A stretch of DNA of 64,000 nucleotides from Candidatus Eiseniibacteriota bacterium (GTDB taxonomy: Bacteria > Eisenbacteria > RBG-16-71-46): assembly GCA_038231135.1 (NCBI GenBank), contig JBBRLX010000023.1:1-64000 (forward strand), in the 5' to 3' direction. The notes beneath the pieces were generated by a model, which saw only the letters and a program-made list of their open reading frames with translations, did not search any database and had not been told where the DNA came from. The number at the start of each line of letters is the position of its first letter. Position 1 is the first letter of the stretch. The position numbers and the translations under genes were made by a program. Positions 41,423 to 50,002 of this stretch are shown piece after piece.

Positions 41423-42371
41423 TGAATGTGAAGTCGTTTTGCTCTACCAATCCACGTTCGAGCATCGCGGTTCTCCACACGTCACGCCTTTGATAAGCGA
41501 CGAGTACCAGCAGGATGGGCGGGGACAGCGCCGCGAGGACACTCGCGGACGGGGACCGGACCTCGACACGGCGCGCATCCGGCCAGCGCCGGCGCAGCAG
41601 GTCGTGCCAGCGCCCCAGGCTCGCGCCGACTCCCAGCACGGTCGGCGGCGCGTCGCCGAACCGGCGCGCCAGGGTGTCGAGCTTGAGCTCCTGGAACGAT
41701 TCGAGCCGGTAGCGTGGATCCATGCGCGTGGCGCTCCGCGCGTGCTGGCGCCAGGCGTACAGCGTCTCGGGGCGCTTCGCGAGCCGGGCGCCCGAGTCGA
41801 TCATGCGGATCCACAGATCGAGATCCTCGGGCCAGGCCTGAGACGTCCAGCCGCCGACGCGCTCGAGCCAGTCGCGGCGGAGCATCGCGGTCCCGTGCAC
41901 GAGCGGGCTGTCGATGAGCAGTTCGCGCGCCATGTGCTCGTGGGTGAGCAGCGCGTTGTGCCACGTCACCCACCGCGCCATGCCCTGGCCCACGGCCGCA
42001 TGCGGGAACAACCGCACCCGGCTGCCCACCACCGCCACGTCGCGATGCGCCACGAGGTGGGCGTGCTGGATCGCGAACCGGGTGCGGGCGATCAGGTCGT
42101 CGGCGTCCATGCGCGCAATCACCGGGGCGCGCGCCTCGCGCAGGGCGAGGTTCAGCGCGGCCGGCAACCCCAGGGGACCCGTGTGCAGGGCCCGCAGTCG
42201 CGGCTCGGCGGCGGCGGCCGCGTCGAGCCAGGCACCCGAGCCGTCGGTCGAGCCGTCGTCGACCGCGATCACCTCGAAGTCGCGAAACGTCTGGCGCCAC
42301 AGGCTGGCGAGCGAGCGGTGCAGCCAGGGCAGCGCATTGCGGACGGGCAGCAGCACCGAGATCGCGGGCAC
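41415..42371 (-). CDS. Glycosyltransferase family 2
   Basis: ISVLLPVRN, VDDGSTDGS, ARMDADD, EDLDLW. Confidence 0.93.
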   Translation of the reverse strand: MPAISVLLPVRNALPWLHRSLASLWRQTFRDFEVIAVDDGSTDGSGAWLDAAAAAEPRLRALHTGPLGLPAALNLALREARAPVIARMDADDLIARTRFAIQHAHLVAHRDVAVVGSRVRLFPHAAVGQGMARWVTWHNALLTHEHMARELLIDSPLVHGTAMLRRDWLERVGGWTSQAWPEDLDLWIRMIDSGARLAKRPETLYAWRQHARSATRMDPRYRLESFQELKLDTLARRFGDAPPTVLGVGASLGRWHDLLRRRWPDARRVEVRSPSASVLAALSPPILLVLVAYQRRDVWRTAMLERGLVEQNDFTFIA

Positions 42372-42510
42372 GATCGCACGCTAACAGACGCTCCGGCCGT
42401 TTCGCCATGCTGAGCTTCCGACCCCCGCCGGATTCCGCGGCAGTTGTCGGTGCCGCGCCTTCCGCCTAAGCTTCGGGGTCCCATCCTCGATTCGTGGAGA
42501 TTCGGAGCCC

Positions 42511-43401
42511 ATGGCCAACACCGCACTGCTGCATCTGGTTTCCGTGGCCGGCAACGCGCTGCGGTTCGACGTCACCGCCGGCTCGGGCCGCACCACCACC
42601 GTCGACAGCGGGCCGGGCATGATCGCGCCGAGCCCGATCGAGCTGCTGCTGATCGCGCTCGCGACGTGCGAGGGCATGGACGTGATCAGCCTGCTGCGCA
42701 AGAAGCGCCAGCAGGTGACCGGCTACGACATCGCGGTCACCGGCGACCGCGCGCTCGAGCATCCGAAGCGCTACATACACATCGAGCTGGTGCACCGGTT
42801 CCGCGGCCACGAGTTGAGCGAGTCCGCGATCGCCGACGCCATCCGGCTCAGCGCCGGGAAGTACTGTTCCGTGCACCATTCGCTCGACCCCGCGATCGGT
42901 ATCGTGGACCGTGTCGAGATCATTGAGGAGACGGCGCCCGCCGCCCTGGAACCGCCGTTGGTGCCGTCGCGGCGCCACGGCCTGTCGGAGTTGATCCTCC
43001 GCGTCGCCGACGTCGCGAAGTCGACCGCGTTCTACACCGACGTGGTCGGCCTCACGCGCGAGGTCGAGGACTCGCCGACCTGGGGCTGGCTGTGGTCCGG
43101 CCCGCCGGGCACGCTGCCGCGCCTCGGGCTCACCAGCCGGCCGCTGTCGTTCGGCGCTACGCATTGCGGCGGTCCCGCGCACTTCGCGATCGGCGTGGCG
43201 CGCTCGGCGATCCCGGCCGAAAAGGTGCGTCTCGAGGCGCTGGGCGTCGAGGTGGAAGGGCCGGTCACGTTCGAGTTCTGGAAGGCCGATTCGATCTACT
43301 TCAGCGATCCCGACGGACACCGGGTGGAGCTGTGCGGATTCGAGAGTTTCGATCCGCCGGGCACGCCTGCGGCGTCCGGCCAACGACAGGAGCGGACATG
43401 A
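42511..43401 (+). CDS. OsmC-like domain fused to VOC/glyoxalase domain
   Basis: SPIELLLIALATC...KYCSV (OsmC) then LRVADVAKSTAFYTDVVGL...HFAI...SIYFSDPDGHRVEL. Confidence 0.85.
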   Translation: MANTALLHLVSVAGNALRFDVTAGSGRTTTVDSGPGMIAPSPIELLLIALATCEGMDVISLLRKKRQQVTGYDIAVTGDRALEHPKRYIHIELVHRFRGHELSESAIADAIRLSAGKYCSVHHSLDPAIGIVDRVEIIEETAPAALEPPLVPSRRHGLSELILRVADVAKSTAFYTDVVGLTREVEDSPTWGWLWSGPPGTLPRLGLTSRPLSFGATHCGGPAHFAIGVARSAIPAEKVRLEALGVEVEGPVTFEFWKADSIYFSDPDGHRVELCGFESFDPPGTPAASGQRQERT

Positions 43402-44798
43402 CGCAGTTCCGCGTCGAGAAGGACAGTCTCGGTGACATGCAGGTTCCGGCGGACGCCCTGTACGGGGCACAGACGCAGCGCGCGGTCGACAACTTCCCGA
43501 TCTCCGGCCGGCCGATGCCTCCGCGATTCGTGCACGCGATCGGACTCGTCAAGCAGGTGGCGGCGCGCGTGAACGCGGCGCTCGGACTGCTGGAGGCGCC
43601 GGTCGCCGCCGCGATCGAGGCCGCGGCCGCCGAGGTGGCCGCGGGCCGCTGGGACGCCGAATTTCCGATCGACGTGTACCAGACCGGCAGCGGCACCAGT
43701 ACCAACATGAATGCGAACGAGGTGATCGCCCACCGGGCCGCGGCGCAATCCGGATTGCGCATTCATCCGAACGACCATGTGAACCTGGGCCAGAGCAGCA
43801 ACGACGTGATTCCGACCGTGCTGCACGTGTCGGCCGCCATCGAGATCGAGGGGGCGCTGATCCCGGCGCTCGAGCACCTGCGGCAGGTGCTCGCGGACAA
43901 GGCGGCCGAGTTCGACGACGTGCTCAAGACCGGACGCACGCACCTGATGGACGCGACGCCGATCCGGCTCGGCCAGGAGTTCTCGGGCTATGCGTCGCAG
44001 GTCGAGCACTGCATCGACCGGTTGCGCGCGGTGATGCCCGAGCTGTGCGAGCTGGCGATCGGGGGCACCGCGGTCGGCACCGGACTCAACACCCATCCCG
44101 AATTCGGCGAGCGCGTCGCGGCGGAGCTGGCGCGCGAGACCGGCCTGCCGTTCCTCGAGGCCGACAACCACTTCGAGGCGCAGGGCGCGCAGGACGGCGC
44201 GGCGTGGGCGTCCGCTGCGCTCAGCAGCACCGCGGCCAGCCTGATCAAGATCGCGAACGACATCCGGCTGATGAACAGCGGTCCGCGCTGCGGCCTCGGC
44301 GAGATCACGCTGCCGGCGATCCAGCCGGGCTCGAGCATCATGCCGGGCAAGGTGAACCCGGTGATCTGCGAGGCGGTGATCATGGTGGGCGCGCAGGTGA
44401 CGGGCAATCATCTCGCGATCACCATGGGCGCGCAGTGGGGACAGCTCGATCTCAACACGATGCTGCCGATGATGGCGAAGAACCTGCTCGAGAGCATTCA
44501 GCTGCTCGCGAACGTGAGCCGGGTGTTCGCCGACAAGGCGCTCGCCGGCACGGTCGCGAACGTCGAGACCTGTCTCGGCTACATCGAGATCTCGCCCAGC
44601 ATGGCGACCGCGCTCAATCCGCTGATCGGCTACGACAAGGCCGCCGAGATCGCGAAGCGCGCGTTCAAGGAACGCCGCACGGTGCGCGAACTGGCGCGGG
44701 AGATGACGTCGCTGACGCCCGAGCAGATCGACCACGCGCTCGATGCGCGCCGCCAGACGTCGCCGGGACTCGAGTTCGGGGGCGGCGCGGGCGGATGA
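43398..44798 (+). CDS. fumC: Class II fumarate hydratase
   Basis: YGAQTQRA, QTGSGTSTNMNANE, GRTHLMDATP, GSSIMPGKVNP. Confidence 0.95.
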   Translation: MTQFRVEKDSLGDMQVPADALYGAQTQRAVDNFPISGRPMPPRFVHAIGLVKQVAARVNAALGLLEAPVAAAIEAAAAEVAAGRWDAEFPIDVYQTGSGTSTNMNANEVIAHRAAAQSGLRIHPNDHVNLGQSSNDVIPTVLHVSAAIEIEGALIPALEHLRQVLADKAAEFDDVLKTGRTHLMDATPIRLGQEFSGYASQVEHCIDRLRAVMPELCELAIGGTAVGTGLNTHPEFGERVAAELARETGLPFLEADNHFEAQGAQDGAAWASAALSSTAASLIKIANDIRLMNSGPRCGLGEITLPAIQPGSSIMPGKVNPVICEAVIMVGAQVTGNHLAITMGAQWGQLDLNTMLPMMAKNLLESIQLLANVSRVFADKALAGTVANVETCLGYIEISPSMATALNPLIGYDKAAEIAKRAFKERRTVRELAREMTSLTPEQIDHALDARRQTSPGLEFGGGAGG

Positions 44799-45778
44799 CC
44801 GCGGACGTCTCGCACGGCGCGATGGTCGCACGGCTGCTCGCCGCACGCGGGCGGCTGCACGGTGTCGCGCATCACACCCCGGTCGCGACGTCGTCGACGC
44901 TCGACGCGCTGACCGGCGCGCGCGTCGTTCTCAAGTGCGAGAACCTGCAGCGCATGGGCGCATTCAAGTTCCGCGGCGCGTACAACACGATTTCGCAGCT
45001 CGACGCCGGCGCCCGGTCCCACGGCGTCATCGCGTGGTCGTCCGGCAATCACGCGCAGGCGGTGGCGCTGGTGGCGAAACTGCTGGGCATCCCGGCCACG
45101 ATCGTGATGCCGAGCACGGCGCCCGCGGCCAAGCTGGCGGCGACCCGCGGCTACGGTGCCACGATCGTGCACCACGATCTCGCGGGCGAGGATCGCGAGG
45201 CGATGGCGGACCGGCTCGCCCGGGAGCGCGGCCTCACGCCGGTGCCGCCGTTCGATCATCCCGAGATCGTCGCGGGCGCGGGCACCGCCGCCGCCGAGCT
45301 GATCGAGGACGCGGGGCCGCTCGATCTGCTGCTGGTGCCGGTCGGCGGGGGCGGCCTGCTGTCGGGTTCGTCGCTCGCCGCGCGTCACCTGGCGCCCGAC
45401 TGCAAGGTGATCGGCGTCGAGCCCGAGGCCGGCGACGACGGCAACCGCTCGTTCCGCAGCGGCCGGCTGGAAGCGCTCGAGGGTCCGCCCGATACGATCG
45501 CCGACGGCGCCCGCACTCCGTCGCTGTCGCCGCTCACGTTCGAGCTGATCCGGCGCTACGTCTCGGACATGACGACCGTGCCCGACACAGCGCTGATCGA
45601 GGCGATGCGGTTCACGTGGGAGCACATGAAGCTGGTCACCGAGCCGACGGGCGTGCTCGCGCTCGCGGCGCTCCAGTCGGGCCGCGTCCCGGCGACGGGC
45701 CTGCGCGTGGGCGTGATCCTGTCGGGCGGCAATGTGGACCTGGCCCAGGCCGGGAACTGGTTCCGCGGCGACCGCTAG
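44795..45778 (+). CDS. PLP-dependent Ser/Thr dehydratase family (possibly threo-3-hydroxyaspartate ammonia-lyase)
   Basis: KCENLQRMGAFKFRGA, SSGNHAQ, PVGGGGL, TIADG, SGGN. Confidence 0.9.
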   Translation: MTADVSHGAMVARLLAARGRLHGVAHHTPVATSSTLDALTGARVVLKCENLQRMGAFKFRGAYNTISQLDAGARSHGVIAWSSGNHAQAVALVAKLLGIPATIVMPSTAPAAKLAATRGYGATIVHHDLAGEDREAMADRLARERGLTPVPPFDHPEIVAGAGTAAAELIEDAGPLDLLLVPVGGGGLLSGSSLAARHLAPDCKVIGVEPEAGDDGNRSFRSGRLEALEGPPDTIADGARTPSLSPLTFELIRRYVSDMTTVPDTALIEAMRFTWEHMKLVTEPTGVLALAALQSGRVPATGLRVGVILSGGNVDLAQAGNWFRGDR

Positions 45779-45806
45779 ACCTGCCGGCGCGGCCGGCCGG
45801 GCCGCG

Positions 45807-46322
45807 TCACACCCACACGGTGCCGATGGCCGCGACGATCCGGTCGGGCACCGCTGCCACATTCGATCCCAGATGGACGTGCACGACGCGGCGGCCGCGG
45901 CGCTCGAGGACTTCGTAGTCGCCCTCGGCCTGGGCGCGGATCAGCCGGCCGAACGTGAACGGCTGGCCGGGAATCGCCACATCGGGCGGTTCATCGGCCG
46001 TGAACTGCAGGAAGATGCCGGTCGCCGGGCCGCCCTTGTGCAGCTGCCCCGTCGAATGCAGGAATCGCGGGCCGTAGCCGAGCGTCGTCGCCACCCGCGC
46101 GGCATTGCGCGCGGCGTTGCGCACGCGCTGCAGCCGCTCGTGCCGCTCCGGCGTGCGATGCAGGTAGGCGAGCACCGCGAAGTAGTCGCCCGGCTAGCGT
46201 GTCGTCGCACGCCGCCAGGCGTTCGGCGAATTTCGAGGCTTCGAGCTGGCGGAGCCGCGCGAGCACCGTTCTTCGGCGTCTCCGAGCGCGAACCCGGCGG
46301 GCAACGATGGCGATGAGGTCAT
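45807..46322 (-). pseudogene. pgi: Glucose-6-phosphate isomerase remnant (tal-pgi type) with frameshift and large internal deletion
   Basis: N-terminus MTSS..ALGDAEE / TVLARLRQLEASKFAERLAACDDTL in two frames, abutting C-terminal PGDYFAVLAYL...TTLGYGPRFLHSTGQLHKGGP...AQAEGD. Confidence 0.8.
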
Positions 46323-46328
46323 GGGCGG

Positions 46329-47468
46329 TCAGCTCCGGTTCGCGAGGGTGCGGTGCTTGGCTTCGAGCGACGCGATCAGGCCTTCGTAGGACTTGAGAAA
46401 CGACGCGACACCCTCGGCTTCGAGCTCCGCGATCTTCGCGTCGATCGGGATGCCGAGCGCGGGCAGGCGCTGGAACAGCGCGTGGGCCCCGGCGACGTCG
46501 TTGCGCACCGTCACGGCCACCGTGCCGTGATCGTTGAACGCCGTGAGCGTCTGCGGCGGCATGGTGTTCACCGTGTCGGGCCCGATCAGCTCGTCGACGT
46601 ACATGGTGTCGGGATACGCCGGATTCTTGGTGCTCGTCGACGCCCACAGCGGGCGCTGCACGCGAGCGCCGCGGGCCGCGAGCGCCGCGAACCGCGCGCC
46701 GCGGAATACGTTCTCGAACCGTTCGTACGCGAGCCGCGCATTGGCGATCGCCGCCTTGCCGCGGTACGACTCGAGTTCCACCCGCCGCGGATCACCGGCC
46801 GCCAGCGGCTTCACCGCGGCATCGATCGCCGCGTCGATCTTGTTGTCGACGCGCGACACGAAGAACGACGCCACCGACACGATCGAATCGACCGGCTGGT
46901 TGCGCGCCGCACGCTGCTCGAGCCCGGCGAGGAACGCGTCGATCACCTGCTGGTAGCGGTCGAGCGAGAAGATCAGCGTCACGTTCACGCAGATGCCGTC
47001 CGCGGTGAGCGCCGAGATCGCGGGCAGTCCGGCCGCGGTCGCGGGCACCTTCACCATCACGTTCGGGCGGTCGACCGCGCGGTGCAGCTTGCGGCCCTCC
47101 TCGATCGAGCCGTCGGTGTCGTTCGCCAGCGCCGGGCTCACCTCGATGCTCACGCGGCCGTCGAGTCCGCCGGTGTCGTCGAACACGCGCCGGAGCCGGT
47201 CACACGCCATCTGGATGTCCTCGACCGCGATCGTGTCGAACAGCGCCACCGACGCCAGCCCCTTCGCGATGCCGCGCTCGATCGGCGCGTCGTAGTCGGT
47301 GCTGTTGGCGATCGCCTGCTGGAAGATCGTGGGATTCGAAGTCACGCCGACCACGCCCTGCTCCCGCACCAGCCGGTCGAATTCACCGGACTCGAGCACC
47401 CCGCGGCGGATGAAGTCGAGCCACACACTCTGCCCCAGCAATCGGATCTGATCGGCGCGACTGGCCAT
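46329..47468 (-). CDS. tal: Transaldolase
   Basis: GQSVWLD, GVTSNPTIF, VSIEVSP, VKVPAT, NVTLIFS, SVASFFVSRVD, LWASTSTK. Confidence 0.96.
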   Translation of the reverse strand: MASRADQIRLLGQSVWLDFIRRGVLESGEFDRLVREQGVVGVTSNPTIFQQAIANSTDYDAPIERGIAKGLASVALFDTIAVEDIQMACDRLRRVFDDTGGLDGRVSIEVSPALANDTDGSIEEGRKLHRAVDRPNVMVKVPATAAGLPAISALTADGICVNVTLIFSLDRYQQVIDAFLAGLEQRAARNQPVDSIVSVASFFVSRVDNKIDAAIDAAVKPLAAGDPRRVELESYRGKAAIANARLAYERFENVFRGARFAALAARGARVQRPLWASTSTKNPAYPDTMYVDELIGPDTVNTMPPQTLTAFNDHGTVAVTVRNDVAGAHALFQRLPALGIPIDAKIAELEAEGVASFLKSYEGLIASLEAKHRTLANRS

Positions 47469-47619
47469 CGGCGCATCGCCTTTCCCGCGGACGACCGCAA
47501 CGGCTGCCGGCGCTCCGCCATGAAGGTGGTTTCGTGACTCGTAGAGGGACCCCGAAGATGCCCCTTCCGCCCCATGGATGCCAGTGGCGCGCCGCGGGAG
47601 CGGGGTCTAAGGTTGAAGC

Positions 47620-49971
47620 GTGAACTCCGGAGCCGGACACGTGCGGACCGCGCCTGCCGTGCTCGCAACGCTGGCGTTGCGGGTCGGGGTGGGTCTGTGC
47701 CTCGGGGGTCTGCCGGCATTCGCCGCGACCACCGGCACGCAGCCCGCGCGCCACGAATATGAAACGTTTCACGATGAATTCACAAGCCTGGCCCCCGATT
47801 CCAGTCATGTCGCGCACGTCGATCGGCTGGTGCTGCGCCGCGACGTGGGCACGTTGACGCTCGGCCCGGGAACCCTGGCGTGGTGCCGGAAGGTCCATGG
47901 CCGGACCCGCGCCGCGGTATACGTAGGCGCGGGAACGTTCACCTACGCTCCGCCCGACACCGTCGAGCGCGCCCAGCTCGAGCGCTACTTCGGCGCGCCC
48001 GTCGTGACCCGCGCGATCGAGAGCGCGGTGCTGGTGTTCTCGGATTCGACGCTCGCGGAGTTGCAGCGGTCGCTGGTGTTCGCGTCGGGGCCGGTGCGCG
48101 ACAAGTCGCGGCACGCGGCAAACCAGGCGATGCACTACCTGAGCGACCGCCGCCGCAAGCTGCACTGGGTGCGGCCCGAGATCGCCGAGGCGATGCTGCA
48201 GGAGCAGGACACCGGCCTGTTCTACGCACAGCTCGATCCCGTCGAGGGACCGGCGCTCGGGTTCGAGATCGACCCGACGGCGGTGGAGTCCGTGCAGCTG
48301 TGGCGGCGGCGCGACGATTCCCGCGCCGGACTGTACGACCGCTACCAGCCCGAGGTGCTGAGCCAGGTGCGGCCGGGCATAGCACCCGCCGACTCCGGGG
48401 CGTCGGTGATGCAGTTCGAGCCGCGCGATTCCAGCGACTCCCGGCCGGGAGTCCTGGTGCGGCACTACGACCTCGATCTCGACATCTCGACCGCGATGCG
48501 GCTCGCGGCCCGCGCGGCGCTCGACATCGAGGCGGTGACGCCGCAGCGCTGGGTGTGGCTGTCGCTCGACGACCAGGCCGACGTGGACTCGGTCGCGTGG
48601 CAGGGCGGCGGGCGCAGCGTATCGTTCGTCAAGTTCGACGATTCGCCGCTGCTGTGGGTGCGCTGCGACCCGCCGCTCGCACCCGGCGAGCGGGGCACGC
48701 TGCGCGTGAAGTATCACAGCGACCGGCTGCTGGTGCGGACGGACGACCTGGTGCTGTCGCCGAGCCAGCGGGCGTGGTACCCGTTCCAGGATCCGTATCA
48801 GAGCGCGACGTTCACCGCGACGTACCACGTGCCGGCCGACGCGCAGTTCGCGAGCTCCGGCCGCCGGGTGAGCCGCGAGGCGCGCGGCCTGGTGACGACC
48901 TCCACCTACGTGCTCGACCAGGCATCGCGGCACTTCGGCTTCACGGTCGGCTACTTCAAGGAGGCGAGCTCCGCGCCGCCCGGGGTGCCGCCGGTGCGCG
49001 TGATGGTCGAGCGCGACGAGCAGGACTTCGCGGCCGAGATCGCCGGCATGGTGAGGTTCATGCAGGAGGCGTTCGGTCCCGCCCCGTTCGACGCGCTCGC
49101 CGCCGCGCGCAATCCGTCCACGTTCGGCGTGTCGTTCCCGAACCTGGTGCTCGTGGGCGTCGACCCGGACCCGGACCAGAAGACCGCCGACAACCGTCGC
49201 GAGCTGCACCGCGCGCACGAGGTCGCCCACCAGTGGTGGGGGGTGAGCCTCGATTTCGCGAACTACCACGATCAATGGCTGAGCGAGGCGTTCGCCGAGT
49301 TCTCGGCACTGTGGTACCTGCAGGTGGCGCTGCGGTCGAACCAGTCGTACCTCGCGGCGCTGGACCGCATGCGCGAGAACATCGTCGACAATCGCCGCTA
49401 CGTGCTCGGTGGCGGCAAGCAGGCCGGGCCGATCTGGCTCGGCTACCGCACCAGCACCAGCGTCACGCCCGGCGACTACGACCTGATCATCTACGAGAAG
49501 GGCGCGTGGGTGCTGCACATGCTGCGCACCATGCTGCTCGACCTCGACACCATGAAGGAGGACCGGTTCCGCGGGCTGATGCGCGACTTCTACGAGCGCT
49601 ACCGCAACCGCAAGGCGACCACGGCCGACTTCCGCGACGTGGCCGAGGCGCACGCCGGCCAGGACCTGTCGTGGTTCTTCGACCAGTGGGTGATGGGCAC
49701 GCGCATCCCGGTCTACCGGTTCTCGTACAAGATCCAGCCGGCGCCCGGGGGCCAGTGGCAGGTGACGGGCCGCATCGAGCAGAACGACGTGCCGGAGTCA
49801 TTCCGCATGCCGGTCGTGCTGCGGGTGGATTTCGCCCACGACAAGTTCGCGTGGGTGCGGCAGTGGGCCCGGGGTCGCGTCACGGAGTTCACGCTGCCCC
49901 CGAGCCTGGAGAAGCCGCGGCGCGTGGTGTTCAACGACATGCAATCGGTGCTGTGCGAGGTCAGGAAGTAG
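47620..49971 (+). CDS. Secreted M1 family zinc aminopeptidase
   Basis: HEVAHQWWG, WLSEAFAEF, IYEKGAWVLHMLR, WFFDQW; signal peptide (start may be 47641). Confidence 0.9.
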   Translation: MNSGAGHVRTAPAVLATLALRVGVGLCLGGLPAFAATTGTQPARHEYETFHDEFTSLAPDSSHVAHVDRLVLRRDVGTLTLGPGTLAWCRKVHGRTRAAVYVGAGTFTYAPPDTVERAQLERYFGAPVVTRAIESAVLVFSDSTLAELQRSLVFASGPVRDKSRHAANQAMHYLSDRRRKLHWVRPEIAEAMLQEQDTGLFYAQLDPVEGPALGFEIDPTAVESVQLWRRRDDSRAGLYDRYQPEVLSQVRPGIAPADSGASVMQFEPRDSSDSRPGVLVRHYDLDLDISTAMRLAARAALDIEAVTPQRWVWLSLDDQADVDSVAWQGGGRSVSFVKFDDSPLLWVRCDPPLAPGERGTLRVKYHSDRLLVRTDDLVLSPSQRAWYPFQDPYQSATFTATYHVPADAQFASSGRRVSREARGLVTTSTYVLDQASRHFGFTVGYFKEASSAPPGVPPVRVMVERDEQDFAAEIAGMVRFMQEAFGPAPFDALAAARNPSTFGVSFPNLVLVGVDPDPDQKTADNRRELHRAHEVAHQWWGVSLDFANYHDQWLSEAFAEFSALWYLQVALRSNQSYLAALDRMRENIVDNRRYVLGGGKQAGPIWLGYRTSTSVTPGDYDLIIYEKGAWVLHMLRTMLLDLDTMKEDRFRGLMRDFYERYRNRKATTADFRDVAEAHAGQDLSWFFDQWVMGTRIPVYRFSYKIQPAPGGQWQVTGRIEQNDVPESFRMPVVLRVDFAHDKFAWVRQWARGRVTEFTLPPSLEKPRRVVFNDMQSVLCEVRK

Positions 49972-50002
49972 CCGACCCGGCCCGTGGGACCGGCTCGCCC
50001 CG

